From positions 11,111 through 75,110 of the forward strand of contig JAZSRX010000034.1 of assembly GCA_045538685.1 (NCBI GenBank): 64,000 nt of DNA, written 5' to 3'. Shown here in pieces: positions 44,483 to 53,000 of this stretch. The notes under the pieces were generated by a model that was not told where the DNA came from, did not search any database, and was given only the letters and a program-made list of their open reading frames with translations. The stretch comes from Eubacteriales bacterium. GTDB lineage: Bacteria; Bacillota; Clostridia; Oscillospirales; CAG-272. The translations under genes were made by a program, and so were the position numbers. Position 1 is the first letter of the stretch; each line of letters begins with the position of its first letter.

Positions 44483-45211
44483 ATGGAAGAAAATACCAAC
44501 CTCACGAATAAAGAAAATCCGCATCAACCAAACTCTCTGATCAGTATAATTGCATTATCCGTTGCGGTAATCGGCATAGTTATAGCTGTAATCGCTCTTG
44601 TTCTGGGAGGCAAAGACGGAGAAACTCCCACAATCAGCATCAGCGATGACGGCTATTGGGTAATCAATGGCGAGAAAACAAACGTAAAAGCCGAAGTAAA
44701 AGAGCCCGAAATCACTAACGAAAACCCTCAGGGTCTTGACTTTTACCTTAAGGATGACGGAACATATATTGTTTCCATAGGAAAAGCAAAGTATCTCTCT
44801 AAAGTTGTTATTCCCGCTACATATTGCGGAAAGTCTGTAACCGAAATTGCTCGGTACGGCTTTTCGGGTTATCCAACAAATGAAACCTTTCCTCTTAAGG
44901 AAATTGTAATCCCCGACAGTGTTACAAGCATTGGTGGTGGTGCGTTCTATAAGTGCTCCTCGCTTACAAGTGTAGTAATCGGTAACGGCGTTACAAGCAT
45001 TGGTTATAGTGCGTTCTCTGATTGCTCCTCACTTACAAGTATAGTAATCCCCGACAGTGTTACAAGCATTGGTAATAGGGCATTCTCTCCTTGCTCCTCG
45101 CTTACCGACGTATATTACACTGGAAGTGAGAGTCAGTGGAGCTCTATTCTTATCGGCTATGTCAATTCTGCCCTCGATAACGCCACGAAGCACTACAACT
45201 ACGTTCCCTAA
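44483..45211 (+). CDS. BspA-like LRR surface protein, short (242 aa)
   Basis: MEENTN...TM...LGG; repeats SLTS[IV]VI[PG][DN][SG]VTSIG; C-terminus ATKHYNYVP. Confidence 0.8.
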   Translation: MEENTNLTNKENPHQPNSLISIIALSVAVIGIVIAVIALVLGGKDGETPTISISDDGYWVINGEKTNVKAEVKEPEITNENPQGLDFYLKDDGTYIVSIGKAKYLSKVVIPATYCGKSVTEIARYGFSGYPTNETFPLKEIVIPDSVTSIGGGAFYKCSSLTSVVIGNGVTSIGYSAFSDCSSLTSIVIPDSVTSIGNRAFSPCSSLTDVYYTGSESQWSSILIGYVNSALDNATKHYNYVP

Positions 45212-45260
45212 AATTGAATTTATTGCCACTTTTGTGGCGGTTCTCCTTGCGAGAGCTTTG

Positions 45261-45290
45261 GGCGAGTCTTAAACGGCTCGCCTTTTTGTT
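45261..45290 (+). terminator. Rho-independent terminator
   Basis: GGCGAG-TCTTAAACGG-CTCGCC followed by TTTTTG. Confidence 0.8.
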
Positions 45291-45352
45291 TTAAAAAGGA
45301 ACAACAAAGGGCATTCGAAGCAAAAAAAGAAAAACCGCATTTTTGAAGAAAA

Positions 45353-45388
45353 GCAAAAAAACAAGGGGCAAAATGCCCCTTGTTTTGG
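45353..45388 (-). terminator. Rho-independent (bidirectional) terminator after 45403..48168
   Basis: AAAAAAACAAGGGGC-AAAAT-GCCCCTTGTTTT. Confidence 0.75.
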
Positions 45389-45402
45389 GTAAAATGTAAA
45401 GT

Positions 45403-48168
45403 TTAGTTATTAATCACAACAGAAATTTCGTAAAACCGCACTATTTTTTGGTATGCATTGTTCATAATGGCAAGATAGGTTGCACCGTTCCAGTTTATAG
45501 ATACGGTGTTAAGAACAGCACTGCGTGAATCAAGTCCTTCGCCTGTGTAATCGTTAACAATAATGTCAAGGAAGAGGTTTATTCCATTCTTATTGGAAGA
45601 GAATAGACCGTTAGCACCAAGCTCTGTGAAACCGGCTATTATATTCTTCTCCTGATTAGTGGTAGGAAGAATGGTGGGTACGATGGAATACCAGGGATTT
45701 TCGGTCATATAAAGCTCGGGATGCTTTATTACACCGTACTTTATAGCATTGGAAATCTTTTTATAACCTTGCTGACCAACGGGATGTGTGCACTGATATT
45801 CAAATGCCTGACTCTTTACAAATCCAATACAAGAGCCAAGATACTGACGTGCATAGTTGATGTAGTTGCCATATGCCCTATCCCAAAGTTCATAGTAAGC
45901 AGCGTCTGCGATAACGGGCATTTCCTTACCGTTATAATCAAAGGTTACATAAGAACCGTCATCGTTCTTAGCGATGAATGCATCAGGACCGTAGGACATA
46001 AGAATCCGGCCCTTTTCGGAGTAAGCATAGTCGATAAGTGCAAGAGCCGCGTGAAGCTTGTTGGTGTCGTTGCCAACACCTGCCTTAGAGATTGCCCAAC
46101 CGTCGGTCTTAACAGATCTCCAGGACTCGGTAAATCTCATATATACACCGTTAGGATAAGTTCCGTCGAACCAACGAGCAACGGGAATCATAACCGCCAT
46201 ATATTTCTCGTCCTCATCAAGCTTAGTCTCGTTATAAACGGTCTGAGTCTGGTTGTAGTCATAGTGCATAAAGCCCCTGTCTTCCTGCAGCATTTGACCG
46301 CTGTCGGTATCTTCCTTGTTTACGAAGGAAGTGGAAATAAGACCCTCACGTACCATTGCGTTCATCTTTTCGAGAGCAATATAGGTGTCCTCCTCCATAC
46401 GTGCATCGTGGAGCAGACCGTCAGCACCTACATAGAGGTATTCCTGTCTTGATTCAAGACCGCGAACACCAAAGAGTGTTCCTGCGAAACGGAACATATC
46501 AACTCTTCTCTGGTTGTTGTCATCTTCTCTGGAGAAGAGACCCTGAACAGAATCAGTACCATTGAGAGTCTGGGGGTTAGCAACTACGCAACGAAGAAGA
46601 GCAACAAGCTCGTCTGCGTCCCAAGCGGCATTCTGACCGATGAATAGATCAGCTCGATTTGTGCCATAGTAGCCGTTATAAGCGATGTCAATATAGTCAC
46701 GAAGCATATTAACCGCCTCAACACCGCTGATGTTGCCTGCCTCGTTCATAAGAGCAACAATATTGCCTGCTGCGTCATAGTTTTTGGTAACCTTTTCTGT
46801 GCCTGTGCCGTCCGGATTAACTACGTCAATTACGATTTTACCGCTTGAAGGCATATAGGGATCATAATATCCCGAAACGATATTGTGACAGCTTTCTGCA
46901 TAAAAATCTCCCTCTCCGTTAAGAAGCTTTTCAACCCAGTCGGTTCTCATAAGAGGTACACGTTCTACGTCGCTTATACCGTCAAAGCAGGGAGTGTGAT
47001 AGAAAGCACCTGTATTGATATCCGCCACAATAGAGAGATAAACCGCAGGGTTTTCTTTAAGGAATTTCTTGAGGTTAGGCATATCGTCAAGATAGTCAGC
47101 AAGGTTGATAAGCTTGCCTGCATTGCCCGCTTCGGAAAGCTGTGCGGACGTGCCGGAAATCATATCTACCCGGTCAAGCTGATCCTGCCAGTACATCCAC
47201 TCCCTTTGAGCAGTGTTGCCCTGATATTTATCCTCAAAATGTATGCTGAGAATTTTGCTGACTTCTGCCCAGGTGGGTTTAAGGTCACCTGTGTGATAAA
47301 TTTTTCCGTCAGCCAGGGTGATACCTTCGCCTGCAACAGAGGCATTGAAGGAGAGACCGGTCATGTGGTTGTTGTAGCCGGTAGCCATACGAAGTACGGT
47401 GCCCTCAGCATATTCAAGCGTGAAGGTAAGGTCATCATCATCGTCATATACCGCAATAAGTGTTATATCGCTATATACCACATCGTTGTCAAAATCCCAG
47501 GGTGTAACACCGTCAACCGACCAGTAAAGGAAGTTCTCATTGTCGGGGTTTTTGGGACGTGGTACCGTAATGCCGGGACTTACGTACGCAGAAGGAATGT
47601 CGCCATATCCGCGTGTGTCAAAGTCAACAGAATATAAGGTGCCGACAGAAATAATACTTCCCCATTTTGCTTTAAGAGTAATATCCTTTGTAACAACGTC
47701 ATTTTCAAAGGACCATTGTTCATCACCCACATACCAGCCGAGGAACATATATCCTTCTTTCTGAGGATTGGTGGGAAAATTAAGCTTGCCACCCTTTTTA
47801 ACCTTTTGGCTTTTAACCTTAGTGCCGCCGTCGCTATCAAAGGTTACTGTGAATTTTTCCACAACCTCCTCGTCTTCCTTGTCGCTGTCACTTTTGTTAT
47901 TTCCGCCCTTGTTATTCTGTCCGCCGAGAAGAATCAAAACAACCGCAAGCACAGCCACAAGTGCAACCGCCGCAATTCCGATAATAAGCGGAAGTTTGCT
48001 TTTCTTTTTCACTTTTTCGGTCTGTAAGTTGGACTCCGAAGCAGTAGTTTGGGGCTGATAATTTGCCCCTGAATCGGAATTTTGTGCCTGATAATTCGCC
48101 CGTGTGTCGAAATTATTAACCGACTCGTTCTTCGGCTCTTCTACGGGATAGTTTTTGTTCTCGTCCAT
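45403..48168 (-). CDS. Anchored surface protein: N-terminal TM, two Listeria-Bacteroides (Flg_new) repeats and an LplA-type solute-binding-protein-like domain (921 aa)
   Basis: MDENKN...TM...LGG; FTVTFDSDGG...GYMFLGWY...ITLKAKW and YSVDFDTRGYG...ITLIAVY. The SBP-like stretch is MPNLKKFLKENPAVYLSIVADINTGAFYHTPCFDG...PLMRTDWVEKLL. Confidence 0.5.
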   Translation of the reverse strand: MDENKNYPVEEPKNESVNNFDTRANYQAQNSDSGANYQPQTTASESNLQTEKVKKKSKLPLIIGIAAVALVAVLAVVLILLGGQNNKGGNNKSDSDKEDEEVVEKFTVTFDSDGGTKVKSQKVKKGGKLNFPTNPQKEGYMFLGWYVGDEQWSFENDVVTKDITLKAKWGSIISVGTLYSVDFDTRGYGDIPSAYVSPGITVPRPKNPDNENFLYWSVDGVTPWDFDNDVVYSDITLIAVYDDDDDLTFTLEYAEGTVLRMATGYNNHMTGLSFNASVAGEGITLADGKIYHTGDLKPTWAEVSKILSIHFEDKYQGNTAQREWMYWQDQLDRVDMISGTSAQLSEAGNAGKLINLADYLDDMPNLKKFLKENPAVYLSIVADINTGAFYHTPCFDGISDVERVPLMRTDWVEKLLNGEGDFYAESCHNIVSGYYDPYMPSSGKIVIDVVNPDGTGTEKVTKNYDAAGNIVALMNEAGNISGVEAVNMLRDYIDIAYNGYYGTNRADLFIGQNAAWDADELVALLRCVVANPQTLNGTDSVQGLFSREDDNNQRRVDMFRFAGTLFGVRGLESRQEYLYVGADGLLHDARMEEDTYIALEKMNAMVREGLISTSFVNKEDTDSGQMLQEDRGFMHYDYNQTQTVYNETKLDEDEKYMAVMIPVARWFDGTYPNGVYMRFTESWRSVKTDGWAISKAGVGNDTNKLHAALALIDYAYSEKGRILMSYGPDAFIAKNDDGSYVTFDYNGKEMPVIADAAYYELWDRAYGNYINYARQYLGSCIGFVKSQAFEYQCTHPVGQQGYKKISNAIKYGVIKHPELYMTENPWYSIVPTILPTTNQEKNIIAGFTELGANGLFSSNKNGINLFLDIIVNDYTGEGLDSRSAVLNTVSINWNGATYLAIMNNAYQKIVRFYEISVVINN

Positions 48169-48367
48169 AGCTGTCTCCTTTGGGCTTTAGATTTAAATTA
48201 GTTTAACTAACTAAATTATATCACCCGATGAGTGCTATGTCAAGTTTTTCCGCCCCATTCCTACGGCTTTAATTTACAAAGGATTAAAAAACTGTTGCTT
48301 TTTTATACCCGCGTGTGATATACTTGTTGTAGCAAATTATTTCTTTTATGCATTTATGGAGGAAATT

Positions 48368-50863
48368 ATGGAAGACAACAAAAATTTCAAAGAAAACGAA
48401 ACAAAAAAATCTGTCGCAGATGAAGAAGTGGCAGTGGACAATTCTCCTGCAAAGTCGGGCGAAAAGAAGGACGAAAAGCCGACGAAGGCATCAGGAAAAG
48501 ACGAAAAGTCACCTGCGAAAAAGCCGGGCGACAACAAAAAAATTATAATCATAGCCGCTGTGGCAGTTGTGGTTATTGCCGCGATAATTCTTGCGGTAGT
48601 TCTTCTCGGCGGTAAGGGCAACCAGGGCGAAAACAACAACCAGGGTGCAGATAACAGCCAGGGAGAAGACGGCACAGGCAATGGTACCGGAAATGGTACA
48701 GGTGACGGCACAGGCGGTGACTCTGGCAGCGGTACGGGCGACGGCACAGGTAACGGTACAGGCGACGGCACAGGCAGTGGCTCTGGCAGCGGTACGGGCG
48801 ACGGCACAGGCAGTGGCTCCGGCAGCGGTACAGGCGACGGCACAGGCGAAGAAGAGGAGCTTGGATACACCAAGGGACTTTTCTTTAAGCTTAACGAGAA
48901 TGGCGACTACACTGTTTCGGTTGGAAATGCAAATAACGTCTCCAGCATTGTAATTCCTGAAGAATACAATGGCAAACCCGTTGTGGCTATCGACAACGAT
49001 GCATTTTATGAATGCACAAATGTGGTAAGTATAACAATTCCCGAAACAATTACAAGCATTGGAAACCGTGCATTTTCCGGTTGCGTAAGACTTGTTGAGG
49101 TTATAAACAATTCATCGCTGAAAATTACTGTTGGCAGTGCGGAAAACGGCTCTGTTGCTGAAAATGCTCTGGAAGTGCATAGCGGAGAAAGCAAGCTTGT
49201 AAAAGATAACGGAATGTTGTTCTACACCTTTAACGGTAAAAATCATCTTGTTGGTTACGACGGAGATGATGTTGATGTTACTCTTCCCGAAAAGTATAAC
49301 GGCAAAAGCTACCTGATCCGCGACTATGCATTCTACCGTAACTACACAATTAAAAATATAACTATTCCCGAGGGCATAACCTACATAGGTGCTTATGCAT
49401 TCGGTGACTGTTCATCGCTTGAGGATATTACAATTCCCGACAGTGTAACAGAGCTTGGAGCAAGTGCATTCCTGAATTGCAGATCGCTTCAATATGCAAA
49501 GCTCGGCAACAGTATTTCTGCAATTAAAAAGGATACCTTTGCTAATTGCGATTCTCTTTGGACGGTTGATATGGGCAAAAAAATAACCGACATCGGAGAT
49601 TACGCATTCAGCAACTGTCGCTCTCTTGTGAGCATCACCGTTCCCCAAGGCGTGAATAACATTGGATTTTCCGCTTTCTACTACTGCACAAAGCTGAAAG
49701 AGGTTATAAATAAATCTTCGCTTAACATTGTAGCCGGAAGCAGCGACATCTACTACGGAGGCATAGCTACATATGCATACAAGGTACACAGCGGAGAAAG
49801 CGAGATTGTTAATCAGAACGGCTTCTTGTTCTATACTTTGGGAGATATAAACTATCTTATGGGCTATACCGATAGCAACGCAAGCGAGATTGTTCTTCCC
49901 GACAGCTTTAACGGCCAGAGCTATGAAATTTTCTATAACACATTCTATTCTAACCGAAATCTCATCTCTGTGGTAATCGGAGAAAATGTAACAAAAATCG
50001 CTCCACAGGCATTCGATAATTGCAAAAGACTGGTAGAGGTAATCAATAAATCCTCTCTTACTATCGGAAAAAGCAGCAACGGCTTTGATTCTGTTCCCCA
50101 AACCGTATTAACGATACATACAGGCGAGAGCGAGCTTGTTAATCAGAACGGATTTTTGTTTATGACATACGATTACAACGGCAAAAACTATCTGGTTGGA
50201 TACAACGGCAACGAAACTAAGCTTGTTCTTCCCGAAAACTTTAACGGCGAGAGCTATGATATTTATCAGAATACCTTCTCATACTGTTACTCACTTACCG
50301 AAATAGTAATTCCCGATTGCGTAAGCTCCATCGGCAAATCTGCGTTCTCGTTCTGCTACTCGCTCAGAAGTATATCTGTGGGAAGCGGTGTAACCAATAT
50401 AGATGAGTCTGCATTCCTTGATTGTAAATCTATCAAATTTGTAAATATCGACAATCTGGAAAGCTGGTGCAACATATGGTTTGAACACGAATATTCAAAT
50501 CCTCTTTATTTAAAAAGCAACCTTTATCTTAACAATCAGCTTATAACCGACCTTGTAATTCCCGACGGTGTAACCGAGATAGGCAACTACACATTCTACG
50601 GCTTAAATTCTATTACAAGTGTTTATATTCCAAGCAGTGTAACCTGTATTTTAAAGTATGCCTTCCAGGATTGCAGAAATCTTACCGACGTTATAATTTC
50701 GGACGGTGTTACAGAAATTAGCTGGTATGCATTCAACTACTGCTATGCGATTACCGACGTCTACTACACAGGTAGCGAAGAACAGTGGAAGCAAATTAAC
50801 ATCATTATAGACGGAAATGCAACCTTGGCAGGTGCAACAATCCACTATAACTACATTCCTTAA
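48368..50863 (+). CDS. BspA-like LRR surface protein, long (831 aa)
   Basis: ATG 48368 follows GGAGGA (the ORF track starts at 48356). MEDNKN...TM...LGG; a G-T-G-[DNS] linker; many LRR units; C-terminus ATIHYNYIP. Confidence 0.8.
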   Translation: MEDNKNFKENETKKSVADEEVAVDNSPAKSGEKKDEKPTKASGKDEKSPAKKPGDNKKIIIIAAVAVVVIAAIILAVVLLGGKGNQGENNNQGADNSQGEDGTGNGTGNGTGDGTGGDSGSGTGDGTGNGTGDGTGSGSGSGTGDGTGSGSGSGTGDGTGEEEELGYTKGLFFKLNENGDYTVSVGNANNVSSIVIPEEYNGKPVVAIDNDAFYECTNVVSITIPETITSIGNRAFSGCVRLVEVINNSSLKITVGSAENGSVAENALEVHSGESKLVKDNGMLFYTFNGKNHLVGYDGDDVDVTLPEKYNGKSYLIRDYAFYRNYTIKNITIPEGITYIGAYAFGDCSSLEDITIPDSVTELGASAFLNCRSLQYAKLGNSISAIKKDTFANCDSLWTVDMGKKITDIGDYAFSNCRSLVSITVPQGVNNIGFSAFYYCTKLKEVINKSSLNIVAGSSDIYYGGIATYAYKVHSGESEIVNQNGFLFYTLGDINYLMGYTDSNASEIVLPDSFNGQSYEIFYNTFYSNRNLISVVIGENVTKIAPQAFDNCKRLVEVINKSSLTIGKSSNGFDSVPQTVLTIHTGESELVNQNGFLFMTYDYNGKNYLVGYNGNETKLVLPENFNGESYDIYQNTFSYCYSLTEIVIPDCVSSIGKSAFSFCYSLRSISVGSGVTNIDESAFLDCKSIKFVNIDNLESWCNIWFEHEYSNPLYLKSNLYLNNQLITDLVIPDGVTEIGNYTFYGLNSITSVYIPSSVTCILKYAFQDCRNLTDVIISDGVTEISWYAFNYCYAITDVYYTGSEEQWKQINIIIDGNATLAGATIHYNYIP
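48671..48847 (+). repeat. In-frame low-complexity tandem repeat encoding (GTG[DN]/GSGS)n
   Basis: GGCACAGGCNNNGGTACNGG iterations; longer units GCTCTGGCAGCGGTACGGGCGACGGCACAGG recur three times. Confidence 0.85.
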
Positions 50864-50910
50864 ATTAATCTAAAACACCTTTGGTGACGTCTTTCGAAAG
50901 AAAGGCAGAA

Positions 50911-50938
50911 GGGCGAGTCGGTTGGCTCGCCTTTTTTG
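50911..50938 (+). terminator. Rho-independent terminator (sequence-related to the one at 45261)
   Basis: GGGCGAG-TCGGTTGG-CTCGCC followed by TTTTTTG. Confidence 0.8.
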
Positions 50939-51154
50939 TGAAATTTATTAAGAATTTATTTTACATTTGTTCAATATCTTTCGCCCTTTTCTGCCAAAAT
51001 GGCTGAGGAGGGTGTTTTTTTGTGCATTGCTTACAAGATTTCACCCTCCCCCATCCCAAAAACTTTGGAAGGGCGGTATACTTACAAACAGAAAATTCTG
51101 TGATACAATCAAAATGCAATTGCAAAAAAGCACAAAGCAAGGAGAAAAAACAAA

Positions 51155-51502
51155 ATGGCAAAAAGGAGAATGCTTTCGATAGATATTGTAGAGAGTGATG
51201 AATTCTGCTTATTAAGGGCATCGGCACAAATGCTGTATTTACATCTCAATATGAATGCTGACGATGACGGAATTGTTGATAAGTGGAAAACCATTCTGCG
51301 ATACCTCAGGGCAAAGCGAGAGCATCTTGACGAACTTATTAATGCAGGGTTCATTATAGAGCTTGACAGTGGTGCGTTACTTATTTCTGACTGGCTTCTG
51401 CACAACAAGATACGTCAGGACAGATATGTTGAAAGTCGTCACAACATCGAGTTAGATACAGTCCGGCTACTGCCGACAGGTAGATATTTCAAGGACTCGT
51501 GA
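51155..51502 (+). CDS. Phage replisome-organizer N-terminal domain protein, truncated remnant (115 aa)
   Basis: MAKRRMLSIDIVESDEFCLL...MNADDDGIVD...LINAGFII...HNKIRQDRY fits the Phage_rep_org_N pattern as I recall it. Full-length family members are roughly 250-300 aa. Confidence 0.6.
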   Translation: MAKRRMLSIDIVESDEFCLLRASAQMLYLHLNMNADDDGIVDKWKTILRYLRAKREHLDELINAGFIIELDSGALLISDWLLHNKIRQDRYVESRHNIELDTVRLLPTGRYFKDS

Positions 51503-51518
51503 CACTTTTTGGTTGTCA

Positions 51519-51597
51519 CAGGTAAGGTTAGGATAGGTAAGGTCAGTATAGTATAGATCAGGCAAGTAAAGGTAAGGTAAGAAAAGCAAAGGTCAGG
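51519..51597 (+). repeat. Iteron-like short direct repeats (AGGTAAGGT x3, AAGGTCAG x2) immediately 3' of the remnant gene
   Basis: AGGTAAGGTTAGGATAGGTAAGGTCAG...CAGGCAAGTAAAGGTAAGGTAAG...AAAGGTCAGG, preceded by the inverted repeat GTGACA-N9-TGTCAC. Confidence 0.6.
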
Positions 51598-51788
51598 TTT
51601 TACTACCATAGTATTCTCTCTTACAATCATTCATTCAAAGGATGCCCTTCGGGCAGAGCTATGCTAATTAATTTTGTAAATTTTTAAAAAACTATTTATT
51701 TTTCTTTATTTTTATGTTATAATGTTATAATCCATTATTATGCGAAAGTTTGCCGTTTTTACGGCTTACATACAAGAAAGGAATTTTT

Positions 51789-53000
51789 ATGAGCAAGAAA
51801 AACGAAAACAACTCCTGCCCCTTCTCCGACAGACTTGGTAAGGTCGGCGGTCAGGCGGTGCTTGAAGGAGTAATGATGAAGGCGGGCAAACGTATGGTTA
51901 CCACCTGCCGAAAGGACGACGGAACTCTGGTTGTCAACGACGACAACTTCACGTCGGTAAGAGATAAAAATAAGATTCTCGACCTTCCCATAATTCGCGG
52001 TGTAGTCAGCTTTATTGAGTCTATGATTATGAGCTTTAAGACTTTGGGTGCATCGGCTGACGCACTTGGACTTGAGGAGGAAGAGCCCTCTAAGTTTGAA
52101 AAATGGCTTTCCGAAAAGCTTCACGTTAAGACCACTGACTTTGTAATGGTGGTTTCGCTTATACTCGGTCTTGGCCTTTCGCTGCTTTTGTTTATGTATC
52201 TGCCTATCGGCATCACCGCAGGTGTGACATATCTGCTTGAAGACGTGTTTGACCTTTATATTCCCAGAATGACAAAGGCGATTTACGAGGGTGTGCTTGA
52301 GGGTGCTGTTAAAATGGCGATATTTATCGGCTATCTTGTGGGCGTTTCATTTATGCCAGACATAAAACGCACCTTTATGTACCACGGTGCAGAGCATAAG
52401 TCTATTGCCTGCTTCGAGGCGGGCGAGGAGCTTACTCCCGAAAATGCAAAGCATCACACCAGATTCCACCCCAGATGCGGTACAAGCTTTATGTTCTTTA
52501 TGATTTTGCTTGGTGTTTTTGCAGGCCTTATCCTTAAAATATTTATTGAAACAAGATGGATTTACACCCTTGTACGTCTGCTTGTGCTTCCCATTCTTAT
52601 GGGTCTTGGCTATGAGTTTATCCGCTATGCAGGAAAGCATCCCAGTGCATTGACAAGAGCACTTTCCGCACCCGGTCTCTGGATGCAGAAGATCACCACA
52701 AAAGAGCCCACCGAGGATATGCTGGAGGTTGCAATTACTTCCTTGAAGTGTGCTTTGCGTGACGATTATCCCGAGTTTATGGAGTTCTATGAAGCGAAAC
52801 CCTGGGTGAGCGAGGAAAATCAACTGAGTGTTGATGTTTCCGAAGCGAATGTGCAGAAACAAGGAGCAGGTGATGCCGAGTGTATCGAGGCGGAAGATGC
52901 GACTATGTTTCAAAAGGCCGGCGAGGAAGAAGCCACCGCAGAGAATACAGAAGAGTCAACAGGCGAAGCTGTGACAGAAAAGGCAGAAAATGACATATAA
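51789..53000 (+). CDS. DUF1385-family membrane protein (the usual partner of prmC)
   Basis: ATG 51789 follows AAAGGA (the ORF-track TTG at 51750 is unlikely). GGQAVLEGVMMK; multiple TM segments; 11-nt overlap with prmC. Confidence 0.75.
   Translation: MSKKNENNSCPFSDRLGKVGGQAVLEGVMMKAGKRMVTTCRKDDGTLVVNDDNFTSVRDKNKILDLPIIRGVVSFIESMIMSFKTLGASADALGLEEEEPSKFEKWLSEKLHVKTTDFVMVVSLILGLGLSLLLFMYLPIGITAGVTYLLEDVFDLYIPRMTKAIYEGVLEGAVKMAIFIGYLVGVSFMPDIKRTFMYHGAEHKSIACFEAGEELTPENAKHHTRFHPRCGTSFMFFMILLGVFAGLILKIFIETRWIYTLVRLLVLPILMGLGYEFIRYAGKHPSALTRALSAPGLWMQKITTKEPTEDMLEVAITSLKCALRDDYPEFMEFYEAKPWVSEENQLSVDVSEANVQKQGAGDAECIEAEDATMFQKAGEEEATAENTEESTGEAVTEKAENDI

Noticed and set aside
48346-48873. 175-aa minus-strand ORF rich in PVPSPVPLPEP
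   Set aside because: It is the antisense shadow of the (GTGDGTG)n coding repeat of the plus-strand LRR gene. It is low complexity and has no independent start or RBS context.
50934-50960. Possible Rex operator TTGTGAAATTTATTAAGAA
   Set aside because: Only the left half-site matches the TTGTGAA-N6-TTCACAA type consensus. The right half is not complementary.
44235-51600. Chromosomal origin at the minus-to-plus gene-orientation switch (with CCACA-containing repeats at 6137-6307 as DnaA boxes)
   Set aside because: There is no dnaA/dnaN and no cluster of good TTATCCACA boxes (the best matches are 7 of 9 and lie 40 kb away inside an operon). Orientation in 35-51 kb is mixed rather than a clean switch. 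This needs whole-genome GC skew to evaluate.
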